Shown piece after piece: positions 39,601 through 48,606 of a stretch of 64,000 bases of DNA. Origin of the DNA: Candidatus Cloacimonadales bacterium (GTDB taxonomy: Bacteria; Cloacimonadota; Cloacimonadia; Cloacimonadales; JAFGVF01); contig CAXXJV010000001.1 in NCBI GenBank assembly GCA_963663475.2, positions 2,816,001 through 2,880,000 on the forward strand, given 5' to 3'. The translations under genes were made by a program, and so were the position numbers. The notes beneath the pieces are model-generated. The model did no database searches. It had not been told where the DNA came from and was given only the letters and a program-made list of their open reading frames with translations. Within the stretch, counting starts at the first letter, position 1; every line of letters starts with the position of its first letter.

Positions 39601-40070
39601 GCTTGTATGCCTATTCCATCTATATAAATAGCCCTATTAGCATTATAAATTTCTACATGAGTTAAATTTGATTGTGATTGACTACTAGAAGAAGTGAAAT
39701 TTATTCCAGCCCAGTCTTTATGACTTGGACTTGATTCAAGAGATTGGAAAACTACCTTTTGACTAGCAGAACCTAAGGCTATCATTCTTCCTGAAACATT
39801 AATATCTATATCACCTACCCCATCTGCATCTTGATCAATTTTAGGAATAGTTATAGTAACTCCAGCTGCAATAGTAAGTGTTACATTCTCATCAATCCAT
39901 AAATCTCCAGTTACTGTTAAATCCTCATTCCAAGTAGTGTTGCTTGTAATGTGTCCATTAATAGCAAAAATCGCAAGTAGTGTGTTTAAAATAATGATTA
40001 TTAGCAAAGTCTTTTTTTGCAATAAATTAGCAAAGGACTTATTAATAATAGAATTTTGATCAAATCTCAT
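36630..40070 (-). CDS. Secreted right-handed beta-helix protein with cohesin-like, dockerin-like and FlgD-Ig/T9SS-like C-terminal domains
   Basis: Parallel beta-helix repeats; cohesin-like GDTISVSL...SFQITIGF...G.LF.LKF.V; dockerin-like SPLDASMVARY.LG...AGNVDGDGDVDIYDAGQIARY; CTD QNYPNPFNP. Confidence 0.75.
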   Translation of the reverse strand: MRFDQNSIINKSFANLLQKKTLLIIIILNTLLAIFAINGHITSNTTWNEDLTVTGDLWIDENVTLTIAAGVTITIPKIDQDADGVGDIDINVSGRMIALGSASQKVVFQSLESSPSHKDWAGINFTSSSSQSQSNLTHVEIYNANRAIYIDGIGIQANNLKIINSEEYGVKIDNTINMTRFIDTIIENTSQNGMFIESGSVNMTDLSIGNSGNLGLKADSPVTIAGTRVNVARSGSHGLWLDNTQTVSFTDSRFNSNSGNGILIENMSPSFNNCQVNNNNGAGVRISSTNGVPSFNNTTISSNLFGVSISSVPAEFTYCNIEDNRFGGISIFRAEPSITYSNITNNGYEIASYDYDTEDEYEWRTTSGSTTMPLDLYEKLNPAYAPMYIERITYKKDGDNYYCSTSSSSYRYYRNYTRFEANDSNYLVDEFTYYFSSYYTYYDMSTQTVSGDINELISNRTDLVLNMYNTQNVPNPRAWISNIKYNLNYFVSVVNLANTSAILQNNWWGQVTGIDSLVAQDLAGTANYEGAMVSRITEAGCDLINTPASISLTSPMSLEINPTSTTISWIASDYDDNAQISLFYNSVNDENGTLITNNLQEDNDFSYEWDFTDTPYGKYYIYAIIDDGVNSPVTSFAPGQVMVGELKVVIDDYYASAGDTISVSLQALNAYENFDLNSFQITIGFTPSLLTYLETSTEACLTQDWTVNTNGQIMGEVAVNGFSVDNLNGSGDLFQLKFLVNESGQDLQNTDITINNFQYNNGSPEPTIESGLFTLRNVYDVSGWTNYYSNNGPIPDVNVTALGFSQGQTTSNDSGEFLFNDYYYGDYNLTAEFTGTLSEMLISPLDASMVARYALGLINLDGNQIVAGNVDGDGDVDIYDAGQIARYSVGMVTEFPAGQMVFTPENHEFLLSPAFTPRTFMGIAIGDVSGNWENTRDNTISECVTYQTYEDEDFIFLDIAISESFYALASKVAYNPETLEFVEFITPDSQNGLTSFANGQAGLLKTASYSVNLQDPTESIIAKFRKLNGADLSHLQVLSLVVDENNSTITSNNNEVTQASGQVYQNYPNPFNPRTTISFYNAKEQRVKIDIYNLKGQKVTSLLDNELASGRHNISWNAEELSSGIYFTKIKMADGYQKTIKMILMK

Positions 40071-40196
40071 AATTATCTCCCAAATATAAATTATTTTTGT
40101 AGCTAATTATTGTTTATATTTGATAGATGTCAAGTATTATTATTATATAAATGTTCCTCTTGGCAACATTAACTTAACTTAAAGAATTAACATAAG

Positions 40197-40323
40197 GCGG
40201 GGAAAGTAAGATGCTTGCTTCGCAAGAATGAATAATTAAAAATGAAAAATGAAAAATAAAGCGGGGAAAGTAAGATGCTTGCTTCGCAAGAATGAATAAT
40301 TAAAAATGAAAAATGAAAAATAA
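40197..40323. repeat. Direct tandem repeat, two copies with 64-bp period
   Basis: GCGGGGAAAGTAAGATGCTTGCTTCGCAAGAATGAATAATTAAAAATGAAAAATGAAAAATAA at 40197 and 40261. Confidence 0.9.
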
Positions 40324-40324
40324 T

Positions 40325-40855
40325 GAAGTGACGGGAGTTGCTCACGGAGTAGCGACTTCCGACACTCTTCACCCGAAGTCCCTTGCCTACGGCTGAGGAA
40401 GTTTGGTCTCCAACAAATAGCAGGCTCAAGTTCAAGTCAGGGATAAGTCTTTATGAAAGTAATTCCTAAATTGAAAACCTGACACCGCTAGTGGCAGAAA
40501 ATGCTTGGGAGTAAAGCTTGTGTGAAGTGGTTGCATCTTGCGTACACAAAAACTAGAAAGGTAGTGAGTGGATGCATCTTGCATACACAAGAGGCTCTGA
40601 AAGGATCTTTATTCTGGTGGCAAGATGCCACCAGTCCATAGCTAACTGTTTCCACAGTGCTGATAGCGGGTAGGGATACCCGTCTTCCCAGTTATGGACT
40701 GACTGCATTCCTGCTGTCAGAACTGTGTGGAAGCAGGGATGCTTCCACTCCATAATAATTTCTGCTGTCAGAACTGTGTGGAAGCAAGGATGCTTCCACT
40801 CCATAATAATTCCTGTTTGTCAGATTTTTGTGGAAGCAGGGATGCTTCCACTCCA
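40325..40855. repeat. Cluster of REP-like palindromes including three tandem GTGGAAGCARGGATGCTTCCACTCC units
   Basis: Units at 40727, 40778 and 40830 (51-52 bp period); other hairpins with GGAG/GGAC feet and GCATCYTGC-type loops at about 40525-40720. Confidence 0.8.
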
Positions 40856-40867
40856 CAAGTTAAATTA

Positions 40868-40904
40868 GTGGAATAGACTATTCTTGTTAAACAGTCTATT
40901 CCAC
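40868..40904 (-). terminator. Hairpin or terminator after the PMM/PGM gene
   Basis: GTGGAATAGACT/AGTCTATTCCAC 12-bp perfect stem. Confidence 0.6.
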
Positions 40905-40916
40905 CTTTCCACTTAG

Positions 40917-42275
40917 TTATTGTTGAGCAAACTTAGCAAGTTTTTCTTCAAACAGTTCTTTAATTTCATTCATTCTTGCTTGAGTCTCAGCCTCATAGCG
41001 AAGGACTAAAACAGGGGTTGTATTAGAGGCACGACACAAGCCCCAGCCATCTTTAAAGGTAACTCTTACGCCGTCTATAGCAATAGCTTCATAACCTTCT
41101 GAGATAAAAGCATCTTTAATTTGATCAACAATAGCAAATTTTTTCTCTTCTGGAACCTGATAATGAATTTCAGGAGTATTAAACATTTTAGGTTGGTCTT
41201 CTAAGAATCTACTTACAGGAATATCTTTTTTAGCTGCAATTTCAGCGAAACGACAGCAGACATAGATTGCATCATCGAAGCCTAGATAACGGTCACCTAA
41301 GAAGACATGCCCAGACATTTCTCCACCGACTTTAATATCTCTTTTTTTCATTTCATTTTTAATATTGGCATGACCTGTTTTATACATAACAGGATTTCCG
41401 CCATATTTAGCTATATCATCATAGAGATTTTTAGAACATTTCACATCAGCTAGAACAGTTGCACCAGGATTCTTTTCAAGGTAATCACGGGCAATAATAT
41501 TGAGAATTTGATCACCATATAGCATATTTCCTGTTTCGTCAATAACCCCGATTCTATCAGCATCTCCATCTAAACCAAAACCTAAGTCAGCACCAATTTC
41601 TTTAACTTTAGCTATTAGGTCTGTATTATTTTTAAGGACAGTAGGGTCTGGATGGTGGTTAGGGAAGGTTCCATCTGGTTCACAGTAAAGTTCAGTTACT
41701 TGGCAACCTAAATCTCTTAAGATACCAGGTAAGAAAGGACCACCAGCGCCATTACCGCCATCAACAACTACTTTCAATGGTCTTTGCATATCAATGTTAT
41801 TAACAATGTATTTATGGTATTCAGGAATAACTTGTCTATCTTCCTTAAGTGAGCCATTACCAGTGGCAAAATCGCCTTTATCAATTATGTCGTAAATATC
41901 TTGGATTTCTTGGCCATAGACAGAAGCTAGGCCGAGGTTAAGTTTAATTCCATTGTATTCAGAAGGGTTATGACTAGCAGTGATCATAGTACCAGCATCT
42001 ACTTTATAGTACCAAATAGAGAAGTATAAAATTGGTGTAGCAGCAAAACCCACATCAATAACATCAATACCTGTCTCTCTAGCACCTTTAATAAAAGAAG
42101 CTTTATAGTCAGGAGTAGTAAGTCTTGCATCACCAGCAATTACTAGAGTTTTTTTATCTAAATTTCTTAAATAAGTACCAAAACCTTTACCAATTAAGTA
42201 TAAATTTTCTACACTTAAATCTTTATCTACAAGTCCACGAATATCATATTGTCTAAAAATACTTCTGTTGAGCAT
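40917..42275 (-). CDS. Phosphomannomutase/phosphoglucomutase (AlgC-like)
   Basis: FRQYDIRG, ITASHNP, FPNHHPDP, DGDADR, GEMSGH, RASNT. Confidence 0.95.
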   Translation of the reverse strand: MLNRSIFRQYDIRGLVDKDLSVENLYLIGKGFGTYLRNLDKKTLVIAGDARLTTPDYKASFIKGARETGIDVIDVGFAATPILYFSIWYYKVDAGTMITASHNPSEYNGIKLNLGLASVYGQEIQDIYDIIDKGDFATGNGSLKEDRQVIPEYHKYIVNNIDMQRPLKVVVDGGNGAGGPFLPGILRDLGCQVTELYCEPDGTFPNHHPDPTVLKNNTDLIAKVKEIGADLGFGLDGDADRIGVIDETGNMLYGDQILNIIARDYLEKNPGATVLADVKCSKNLYDDIAKYGGNPVMYKTGHANIKNEMKKRDIKVGGEMSGHVFLGDRYLGFDDAIYVCCRFAEIAAKKDIPVSRFLEDQPKMFNTPEIHYQVPEEKKFAIVDQIKDAFISEGYEAIAIDGVRVTFKDGWGLCRASNTTPVLVLRYEAETQARMNEIKELFEEKLAKFAQQ

Positions 42276-42289
42276 ACTTATCTCTCCTT

Positions 42290-42874
42290 TTATCTTTGAT
42301 AGTACTTTTTAATGTCTTCTTTTATTAAGAAGAAAGCCTTAGCTCTGTGGCTAAGCATATTTTTTTCTTTATCGCTCATTTGCGCATATGTTTTATTTGC
42401 TTCATTTACATGGAAAATTGGATCATAACCAAATCCAGAATCACCAATTTCTTCTTGGGTAATTTGGCCAGGGACAATTCCTTGAGCAGTAGCAATCAGT
42501 CCATTTTTATCAGCTAGGGCAACAACTGTCCTGAATTCAGCATAGCGGTCATTTTGATCTTTCATTTCAGCTAACATTTTTTTCCTATTATCTTCATAAG
42601 AACAAGATTCGCCAGCATAACGGGCAGAATAAACACCTGGTCTATCATTTAAAGCACGGACAAATAATCCTGTATCATCTGCCACAGTTAATAAGCCTGT
42701 ATATTGAGCATTCTCAATAGCTTTTTTAACAGCATTTTCCGTGATGGTGTCTTTATCTTCTATAACTTCAGGAGCCTGAGGATACTCGGTTAAGGAAACA
42801 ATTTCATAGTCCTTAAGAATATCTCTAATTTCTTTAATTTTGTCTTTATTTTTGGAACCAATAAATACTTTCAT
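42290..42874 (-). CDS. rdgB: Non-canonical purine NTP pyrophosphatase (RdgB/HAM1)
   Basis: N..K..E, ADDTGL, PGVYSARYAG, GFGYDPIF, KN..SHRA. Confidence 0.93.
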   Translation of the reverse strand: MKVFIGSKNKDKIKEIRDILKDYEIVSLTEYPQAPEVIEDKDTITENAVKKAIENAQYTGLLTVADDTGLFVRALNDRPGVYSARYAGESCSYEDNRKKMLAEMKDQNDRYAEFRTVVALADKNGLIATAQGIVPGQITQEEIGDSGFGYDPIFHVNEANKTYAQMSDKEKNMLSHRAKAFFLIKEDIKKYYQR

Positions 42875-43434
42875 TAAGCCTTCTTCCATATCCATTTTCT
42901 TATTTTCTTTAGCACATTTTTATCAAGAAATTGGTCAGATTTATCTAGAAGTGTTCTAATTAAATCTATAATGTTTTCTTTACCAGACCAATTTTCAATA
43001 ATCACATGATCTTTAACATTATTAAGTAGGTTGTCTAGGGCGAAAATTACTAAGAATAAGTCATCAGTATATCCGATAAAGGGGATAAAATCTGGGATAA
43101 TATCAATAGGAGATATTAAATAAGTAACAACTGCAGCTAAAAAAACTTTTTTGCCAGCTGGTACTCTTTTATCAACAATGAGCCTAGAAACTAAAATAAA
43201 CAAGTCTGGCAAGAGCATAAGATACTGGGCAATTTCGTTACCTGCTTTACCTGTTCTCTTACTAGTCCATTTATCAATCTTGCTTCTCATTTTTTCATAA
43301 AATTTGAACTTTCTATCTCCTAGAAGTTTCACTTCTTCAAAGTCTTTTTGATTAAACTCACTTTCTGAGCATTCAATCACTTCATCTATCTCTGGGTCTT
43401 TTCCTTGAGTTTCATCTACTTTTTCATCTTGCAT
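42874..43434 (-). CDS. YkvA/DUF1232 family membrane protein
   Basis: YLISPIDIIPDFIPFIGYTDD. Confidence 0.9.
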   Translation of the reverse strand: MQDEKVDETQGKDPEIDEVIECSESEFNQKDFEEVKLLGDRKFKFYEKMRSKIDKWTSKRTGKAGNEIAQYLMLLPDLFILVSRLIVDKRVPAGKKVFLAAVVTYLISPIDIIPDFIPFIGYTDDLFLVIFALDNLLNNVKDHVIIENWSGKENIIDLIRTLLDKSDQFLDKNVLKKIRKWIWKKA

Positions 43435-43450
43435 AAGATCTCCTTCAAAA

Positions 43451-45259
43451 TTATTTGATGTTATCTAGGTCATCTTTTAGTTTTGAAATTAGTTGATCAT
43501 CTTCAATATCTGCATGCCATTCTTCATAATCATCGATAATCTTTCTACCTCTTCTATGGTCTTTAAGTTTTGAATTAATGACCATAATTATAACTTCTTT
43601 ACTTACTTTCAGATAAGAATATGTGAGATTCTTATCATTTATGTCAAGTTTTAAAGTTGCAATAATCTCTTGGGTAAGTTGAGATTTTCCAGTCTCATAT
43701 ACTTCTTTTAAACAATAATATCTCAAAAATAGCTCATAGGTTTTCAGAGCTTTTCGACGATTAGTTTCTGTCATGAAGTTTTTACCTAATTGAGGAATAT
43801 CTTTATCAGTGTAAATATCTTTAACTTTAACATTTTCAAGTAGTAAGTAAGCTTGCAGAATCATCTGTATTATCTGAGGTCTAAAGATTCTAAAGTCTGC
43901 CTTTAATCTTTTGGCCCTGTTACGCTTCAAATACTTATCTTGATTTCTAAAAACTGCATAAGAGTTATCACTCAAGACCCAAGCAGGAATTATTTCATTA
44001 TAAGCAGGAGAAATTCCCTTAGGCTGGCTAAAGGGCTGACTTATTAGCGAGAAGGGAAATTCAACTTTTTGGGGAAGGGTAGTTACCCCAGTAGCAATTA
44101 TGGAATAGGCAGCCTTCCTATAATCAGCAGGGAACTTGATATTGCAGCCAAGTCCATAAAAGAGTCCTTCACCAGCAAAGAGTTCTTGGTCAGGAAGCTT
44201 GGAAGTGTGATTTGAACCAACATTAGCCCCATAGCCAACATTTCCTCTACCTTCAAACCAGAGACTAGCAATCAGCATGGATTGATGATGGAAGCCAATA
44301 AATGGTCCTAAGATAGAAGCAGTTACTTCACCTTCTCCAATAATTGTGTTTGGTCCGATAATACTATTTTGCACCTTACCATGTCTTTCAACGCCTGAGT
44401 ATTCACAAAGAAGAGCATTTTGAATCAAAGCCATTGATTGGATTTCAACCCCCCATTGACAGAGAGCATTTTCTAAAATAGCACCGTCTTTGATGTGAGT
44501 TACTTCATCACTTTCAGAAAGGATTGTTGATTCGCTGATTTTGCTAGTATTATCTATATGAGCACTGTAGCCTATGTAGCTATTAATAATTTTCCGATTA
44601 TTGATTAACTTTGCTTTTGCTGAGATAATGCCGAAAGAAGAAGTAACTGATTTAGCATAATCAGAGACCAATTCTAAGTACTTAGTATAAATACCATCCT
44701 CACGATTACCTGTAATCAGTTCACTAATATAATTAATATCTTGTTCAGCATAGAGAGGAATATCTCTCCCTCCAATTTCAGAACCTAGGGAAATAATTTT
44801 CCCATTACCAAAGTTTGAGTTTTTTTCAGAGTAAATGTAGTCATTACCCACTGCAATCACATCTTCACTTATGTAGTACCTATGAATTAGTTTATTATCT
44901 TTGATTAAGCAATTAGAATCAACAAAGACATCATCTAAGTTTGAATTGTAGATACCATTAGGATGAAAATAATTATCAAAGATCCTTACCTTTTTACCTG
45001 AATAATTACCTAGGAAGATTCTACCTGAGAAGTTATTATTCTTAATGAAGTCTGGAGTAAAGACTGGTTCTACAAAGACGTTTGACCAGTCTTGACAAGA
45101 GTTTCCTTGACTTTCTAATTTGGCAATCTCACTTTTTGAGATAGGTCTAACTATCTTAGCTAACTCATTTGTAGATAAGTTATTCTCTGCTAATTCTTCT
45201 ACAATATTTGGTAGGTAAAATTTATCTCTGAAATTTGCTATTAATTTGTTTAAATCCAT
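43451..45259 (-). CDS. DUF4954-like left-handed beta-helix protein
   Basis: R....EI..LE.QGN...DW..V.V N-terminus, hexapeptide-like repeats, GSNHTS. Confidence 0.7.
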   Translation of the reverse strand: MDLNKLIANFRDKFYLPNIVEELAENNLSTNELAKIVRPISKSEIAKLESQGNSCQDWSNVFVEPVFTPDFIKNNNFSGRIFLGNYSGKKVRIFDNYFHPNGIYNSNLDDVFVDSNCLIKDNKLIHRYYISEDVIAVGNDYIYSEKNSNFGNGKIISLGSEIGGRDIPLYAEQDINYISELITGNREDGIYTKYLELVSDYAKSVTSSFGIISAKAKLINNRKIINSYIGYSAHIDNTSKISESTILSESDEVTHIKDGAILENALCQWGVEIQSMALIQNALLCEYSGVERHGKVQNSIIGPNTIIGEGEVTASILGPFIGFHHQSMLIASLWFEGRGNVGYGANVGSNHTSKLPDQELFAGEGLFYGLGCNIKFPADYRKAAYSIIATGVTTLPQKVEFPFSLISQPFSQPKGISPAYNEIIPAWVLSDNSYAVFRNQDKYLKRNRAKRLKADFRIFRPQIIQMILQAYLLLENVKVKDIYTDKDIPQLGKNFMTETNRRKALKTYELFLRYYCLKEVYETGKSQLTQEIIATLKLDINDKNLTYSYLKVSKEVIIMVINSKLKDHRRGRKIIDDYEEWHADIEDDQLISKLKDDLDNIK

Positions 45260-45271
45260 TCTTTTTCCTGT

Positions 45272-46609
45272 TTAACCTAATATTTTATCTATCTCTTGTC
45301 TTTGTTTATCATAACCTTTTTTACCCATCAAAGCATAAGTAGCTATCTTCCCTTCTTCAACACCTGGCTGGTCTAAAGGATTAATCTCTAGGAGGGCTCC
45401 AGTAAATACTGTCATAATTTCATAAAGCATAATAAACTCACCTAAATTCTTCTCATTAATTTTAGGGAAGATGATATTACAGTTTGGTCTATCAGACTTT
45501 GCAAGAGCTATTTCAGTGGCTAATCTTTCAGTATTAAGGAGTTTGGAAAGAGTTTGACCTCCTAAATAGTTGACCTCATCTCTTTCAGGATAGATTTTAG
45601 GGATATTATAATCATGCTTGAAAGAATCAACTGTTAGGAAAGTGGTAACTTTATCATTAGGTCCTTCACGATATAACTGGACTTGAGAATGTTGATCTGT
45701 TGTGCCTAAAGCTTTGACTGGAGTTTGGCCTACATAGACCTCTTCTTGATTTAGGTTATACTTCTTTCCAAGAGATTCAGCCCAAAGCTGACGATACCAG
45801 TCTGCCATGTCATACAGAGCATTTGCATAAGGCATCATGACAGAAATATTCTTACCCTCTGTCATGTATAGGTAATGAGCTAAGCCCATTAAATAAGCTG
45901 GATTCTTGTTAATATCAGGACTAGCACACAGATCTCTCATGAGACCTGCCCCTTTCAAGAGTTCATCAATGTCAATTCCAAGGAAAGCAGAACTTACAAG
46001 TCCCACATCTGTTAACACTGAGAATCTACCACCTACATTATCTGGAACCTCAAAATCAAAGTAACCTTCTTGGCGGATAACCTGTCTTAAAAATCCCTTT
46101 TCTTTATCAGTTGTGATAACAATATGTTTTTTATAATCATTAGGGAAAGCTTCTTTGAGGATTTGCAGAATAATTAGAAAAACAGACATTGTTTCGGCAG
46201 TTGTACCTGATTTAGTAACAACATTGAATAAGGTTCTTTTGAGTTCAATTTGGGATAAAATATCATAAACTAAAGTAGGATCGACATTGTCAGCAACATA
46301 GAGTTTTTTGTTAAGGCTTTTCTCCACTTTGAGGGCAGAATAAAGAGCTTTATTGCCTAGAGCTGAACCACCTATTCCGAGTACAACTATATTATCAAAA
46401 TCATTACTTACCTGTTTTATATAATTATTTATTCTTTCTGTATCTTTTTCAGGCAATTCATAAAAACCAAGAATATTATCTTTTCTTTGATTTAAGATCA
46501 TTTGATGAGCTTTATCAATTTTATCTTGATAAATAGTTAAATCACTGTTTAAACCTGTTTTGATTAAATCATTCTTAAATAAATTAGTAAAATTAAAGCT
46601 TAAACTCAT
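45272..46609 (-). CDS. pgi: Glucose-6-phosphate isomerase
   Basis: GIGGSALG, KSGTTAET, VGGRFSVLT, QLWAESLGK, DQPGVEEGK. Confidence 0.95.
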   Translation of the reverse strand: MSLSFNFTNLFKNDLIKTGLNSDLTIYQDKIDKAHQMILNQRKDNILGFYELPEKDTERINNYIKQVSNDFDNIVVLGIGGSALGNKALYSALKVEKSLNKKLYVADNVDPTLVYDILSQIELKRTLFNVVTKSGTTAETMSVFLIILQILKEAFPNDYKKHIVITTDKEKGFLRQVIRQEGYFDFEVPDNVGGRFSVLTDVGLVSSAFLGIDIDELLKGAGLMRDLCASPDINKNPAYLMGLAHYLYMTEGKNISVMMPYANALYDMADWYRQLWAESLGKKYNLNQEEVYVGQTPVKALGTTDQHSQVQLYREGPNDKVTTFLTVDSFKHDYNIPKIYPERDEVNYLGGQTLSKLLNTERLATEIALAKSDRPNCNIIFPKINEKNLGEFIMLYEIMTVFTGALLEINPLDQPGVEEGKIATYALMGKKGYDKQRQEIDKILG

Positions 46610-48315
46610 GGTGTTACCTTCCTTATCATTTTTTCAATTGTTTCAATGTTTGTAGATAATTCAAAGTTTTTCAACTCCAAAATATCTTCTTCTTTTAAAT
46701 CCAAAATCCTCTTCTTAACATCTAGAAAAGCTGAAGGAGCAATACTGAAAGTAGTTATTCCTAAAGCAATCAAAAGTGGGATATATTTGGGTACTGATGC
46801 CATTGCCCCACAGACTGATATAGGTATGTTGTACTTATGGGCAGACTGGGCTGTCTGTCTGATAAGCTGTAAGACAGCTGGGTGATGAGGAACATAATAA
46901 TCTGATAAAAGCTCATTAGTTCTATCAACTGAAAGAGTGTATTGAATGAGATCATTAGTGCCTATACTGAAGAAATCAACTTCTTTAGCTAAATCTTCAC
47001 TACATATTGCAGCAGAAGGAATTTCAATCATGACTCCAATTTCAATGTTTTCATCGATTTCATAACCCTTATTGATAAGATTACTCATGATCTTTTTCAC
47101 AAATGTTTTAGCTTTGAGAAAATCTGTTACACCCATTACCATAGGGAACATAATTTTTATCTTACCATATATACTTGCTCGCAGAATTGCATTAATTTGA
47201 GTCCGGAAAATATTAGGATGACTTAAGGAAAATCTCAGTCCTCTATTGCCTAAAAATGGATTCTCTTCCTTAGCAGAAGTAACAATATTGGAAAATTTAT
47301 CACCGCCTAAGTCAAAAGTTCTTATTATTAAAGGCTTATTACCCATCTTTTCAGCCATTTCTTTATAGATGTGATACTGTTCTTCTTCAGAAGGGAGAGT
47401 ATCTTTATCCATGAAGAGAAATTCTGTTCTAAATAGACCTATTCCATCTGGTGCTAGGGTAGTAGTATGATTAATTTCTTCTGGAACTTCAATATTGATC
47501 TGGAGATTTATTCTATTTCCCAAGATTTTATTGGGCGTAACTTCGATTAAGGAAAGCAATTCCTCTTTGTGCTTATTTAAATTCTGTAATTTATCTCTAT
47601 ATTGATTAAGAATATCTGGTTTAGGATTAATAATAATTTTCCCTTGGTTACCATCGATAATAATTAAATCGTTATTTTCAATTTGAGAAAAAAGATTAGG
47701 TATCCCAACTACGCATGTTAAGTCGAATGATCTAGCAATAATAGCATTATGAGAAGTTTCTGAACCTTTTTCTAAATAGAATCCTTTGACTCCTTCACGG
47801 GCTAGATGAATGATTTGACTGGGAGTTGTTGTATAGAATAAGGGAATATCATCACGATTGAACCTGTTCTGCTTAAAACCTTTCCTACCTATCAGAATAT
47901 TGAGAATTCTATGGCTAACATCAGTATAATCAATAGCTTTTTGGGCAAAGAAATCATTATCTAAGCTTTCAAAATAAGCTGATACTTTATTAAAGTGTTG
48001 ATGAATTGCCTGCTCAAGTCCGATTAAATTGTCTTTCATCAGATTAACAACCTCATCTTTCATCTCAGGATCCTGTAAAATCATCTTATGCGAATCAAAT
48101 ATCTCCTGGTTCTCCTGATTTACCGAATATTCATCAATCAAATTATCAGTATCTTTAATTACTTCTTGTAAGACTTTTTCAAATTTATTAATTTCTTGCT
48201 TTAAATCTTCTTCTTTAATATCTCTTTTTTTAATTTCTAGTCTTTTTTGTTTAATTATTTTAGCTTTACCTATAGCAATTCCAGGAGCAACTCCAATCCC
48301 ATTTAATGTTATCAT
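46606..48315 (-). CDS. ptsI: PTS enzyme I (phosphoenolpyruvate-protein phosphotransferase)
   Basis: TSHNAIIAR phospho-His, GIGLFRTEFLF, ENPFLGNRGLR, SIGTNDLIQY. Confidence 0.93.
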   Translation of the reverse strand: MITLNGIGVAPGIAIGKAKIIKQKRLEIKKRDIKEEDLKQEINKFEKVLQEVIKDTDNLIDEYSVNQENQEIFDSHKMILQDPEMKDEVVNLMKDNLIGLEQAIHQHFNKVSAYFESLDNDFFAQKAIDYTDVSHRILNILIGRKGFKQNRFNRDDIPLFYTTTPSQIIHLAREGVKGFYLEKGSETSHNAIIARSFDLTCVVGIPNLFSQIENNDLIIIDGNQGKIIINPKPDILNQYRDKLQNLNKHKEELLSLIEVTPNKILGNRINLQINIEVPEEINHTTTLAPDGIGLFRTEFLFMDKDTLPSEEEQYHIYKEMAEKMGNKPLIIRTFDLGGDKFSNIVTSAKEENPFLGNRGLRFSLSHPNIFRTQINAILRASIYGKIKIMFPMVMGVTDFLKAKTFVKKIMSNLINKGYEIDENIEIGVMIEIPSAAICSEDLAKEVDFFSIGTNDLIQYTLSVDRTNELLSDYYVPHHPAVLQLIRQTAQSAHKYNIPISVCGAMASVPKYIPLLIALGITTFSIAPSAFLDVKKRILDLKEEDILELKNFELSTNIETIEKMIRKVTP

Positions 48316-48581
48316 TCCGCCTCACCAAACCGTTCATTAAATAGTTGTTCAATTTCTCTTAATAAGTATTCCTCATCTGGACCATCGATCTTTAGGTTCA
48401 GCTCTGCCCCACATTCAGCAGCTAACATCATTACCCCCATGATACTTTTACCATTAACCTTCATACCTTCCTTTTCAATATGGAAGTCTGAACGGTATTT
48501 AGTAGCTACCTTAACCAACATTGCTGATGGACGAGCATGTAAGCCCAACCTGTTCTCTACTTGTATTGTTTTTTCTATCAT
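48312..48581 (-). CDS. ptsH: HPr phosphocarrier protein
   Basis: GLHARP (His15) and NGKSIMGVM (Ser46). Confidence 0.95.
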   Translation of the reverse strand: MIEKTIQVENRLGLHARPSAMLVKVATKYRSDFHIEKEGMKVNGKSIMGVMMLAAECGAELNLKIDGPDEEYLLREIEQLFNERFGEAE

Positions 48582-48606
48582 CTTGAAATCCTTTTCTCAG
48601 CTGAAA

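Noticed and set aside
40325-40520. Riboswitch or known ncRNA upstream of the cohesin/dockerin genes
   Set aside because: I could not match any riboswitch consensus. The hairpins are better explained as REP-like repeats and lie beyond the TTGACA box. An Infernal/Rfam scan would settle it.
40187-40804. ORFs 40187-40435 and 40553-40804
   Set aside because: They are translations of tandem and REP repeats, with repeated peptides and no family resemblance.
40711-40855. CRISPR array
   Set aside because: Only three units, the intervening sequences are near-identical rather than unique spacers, and no cas genes are present.
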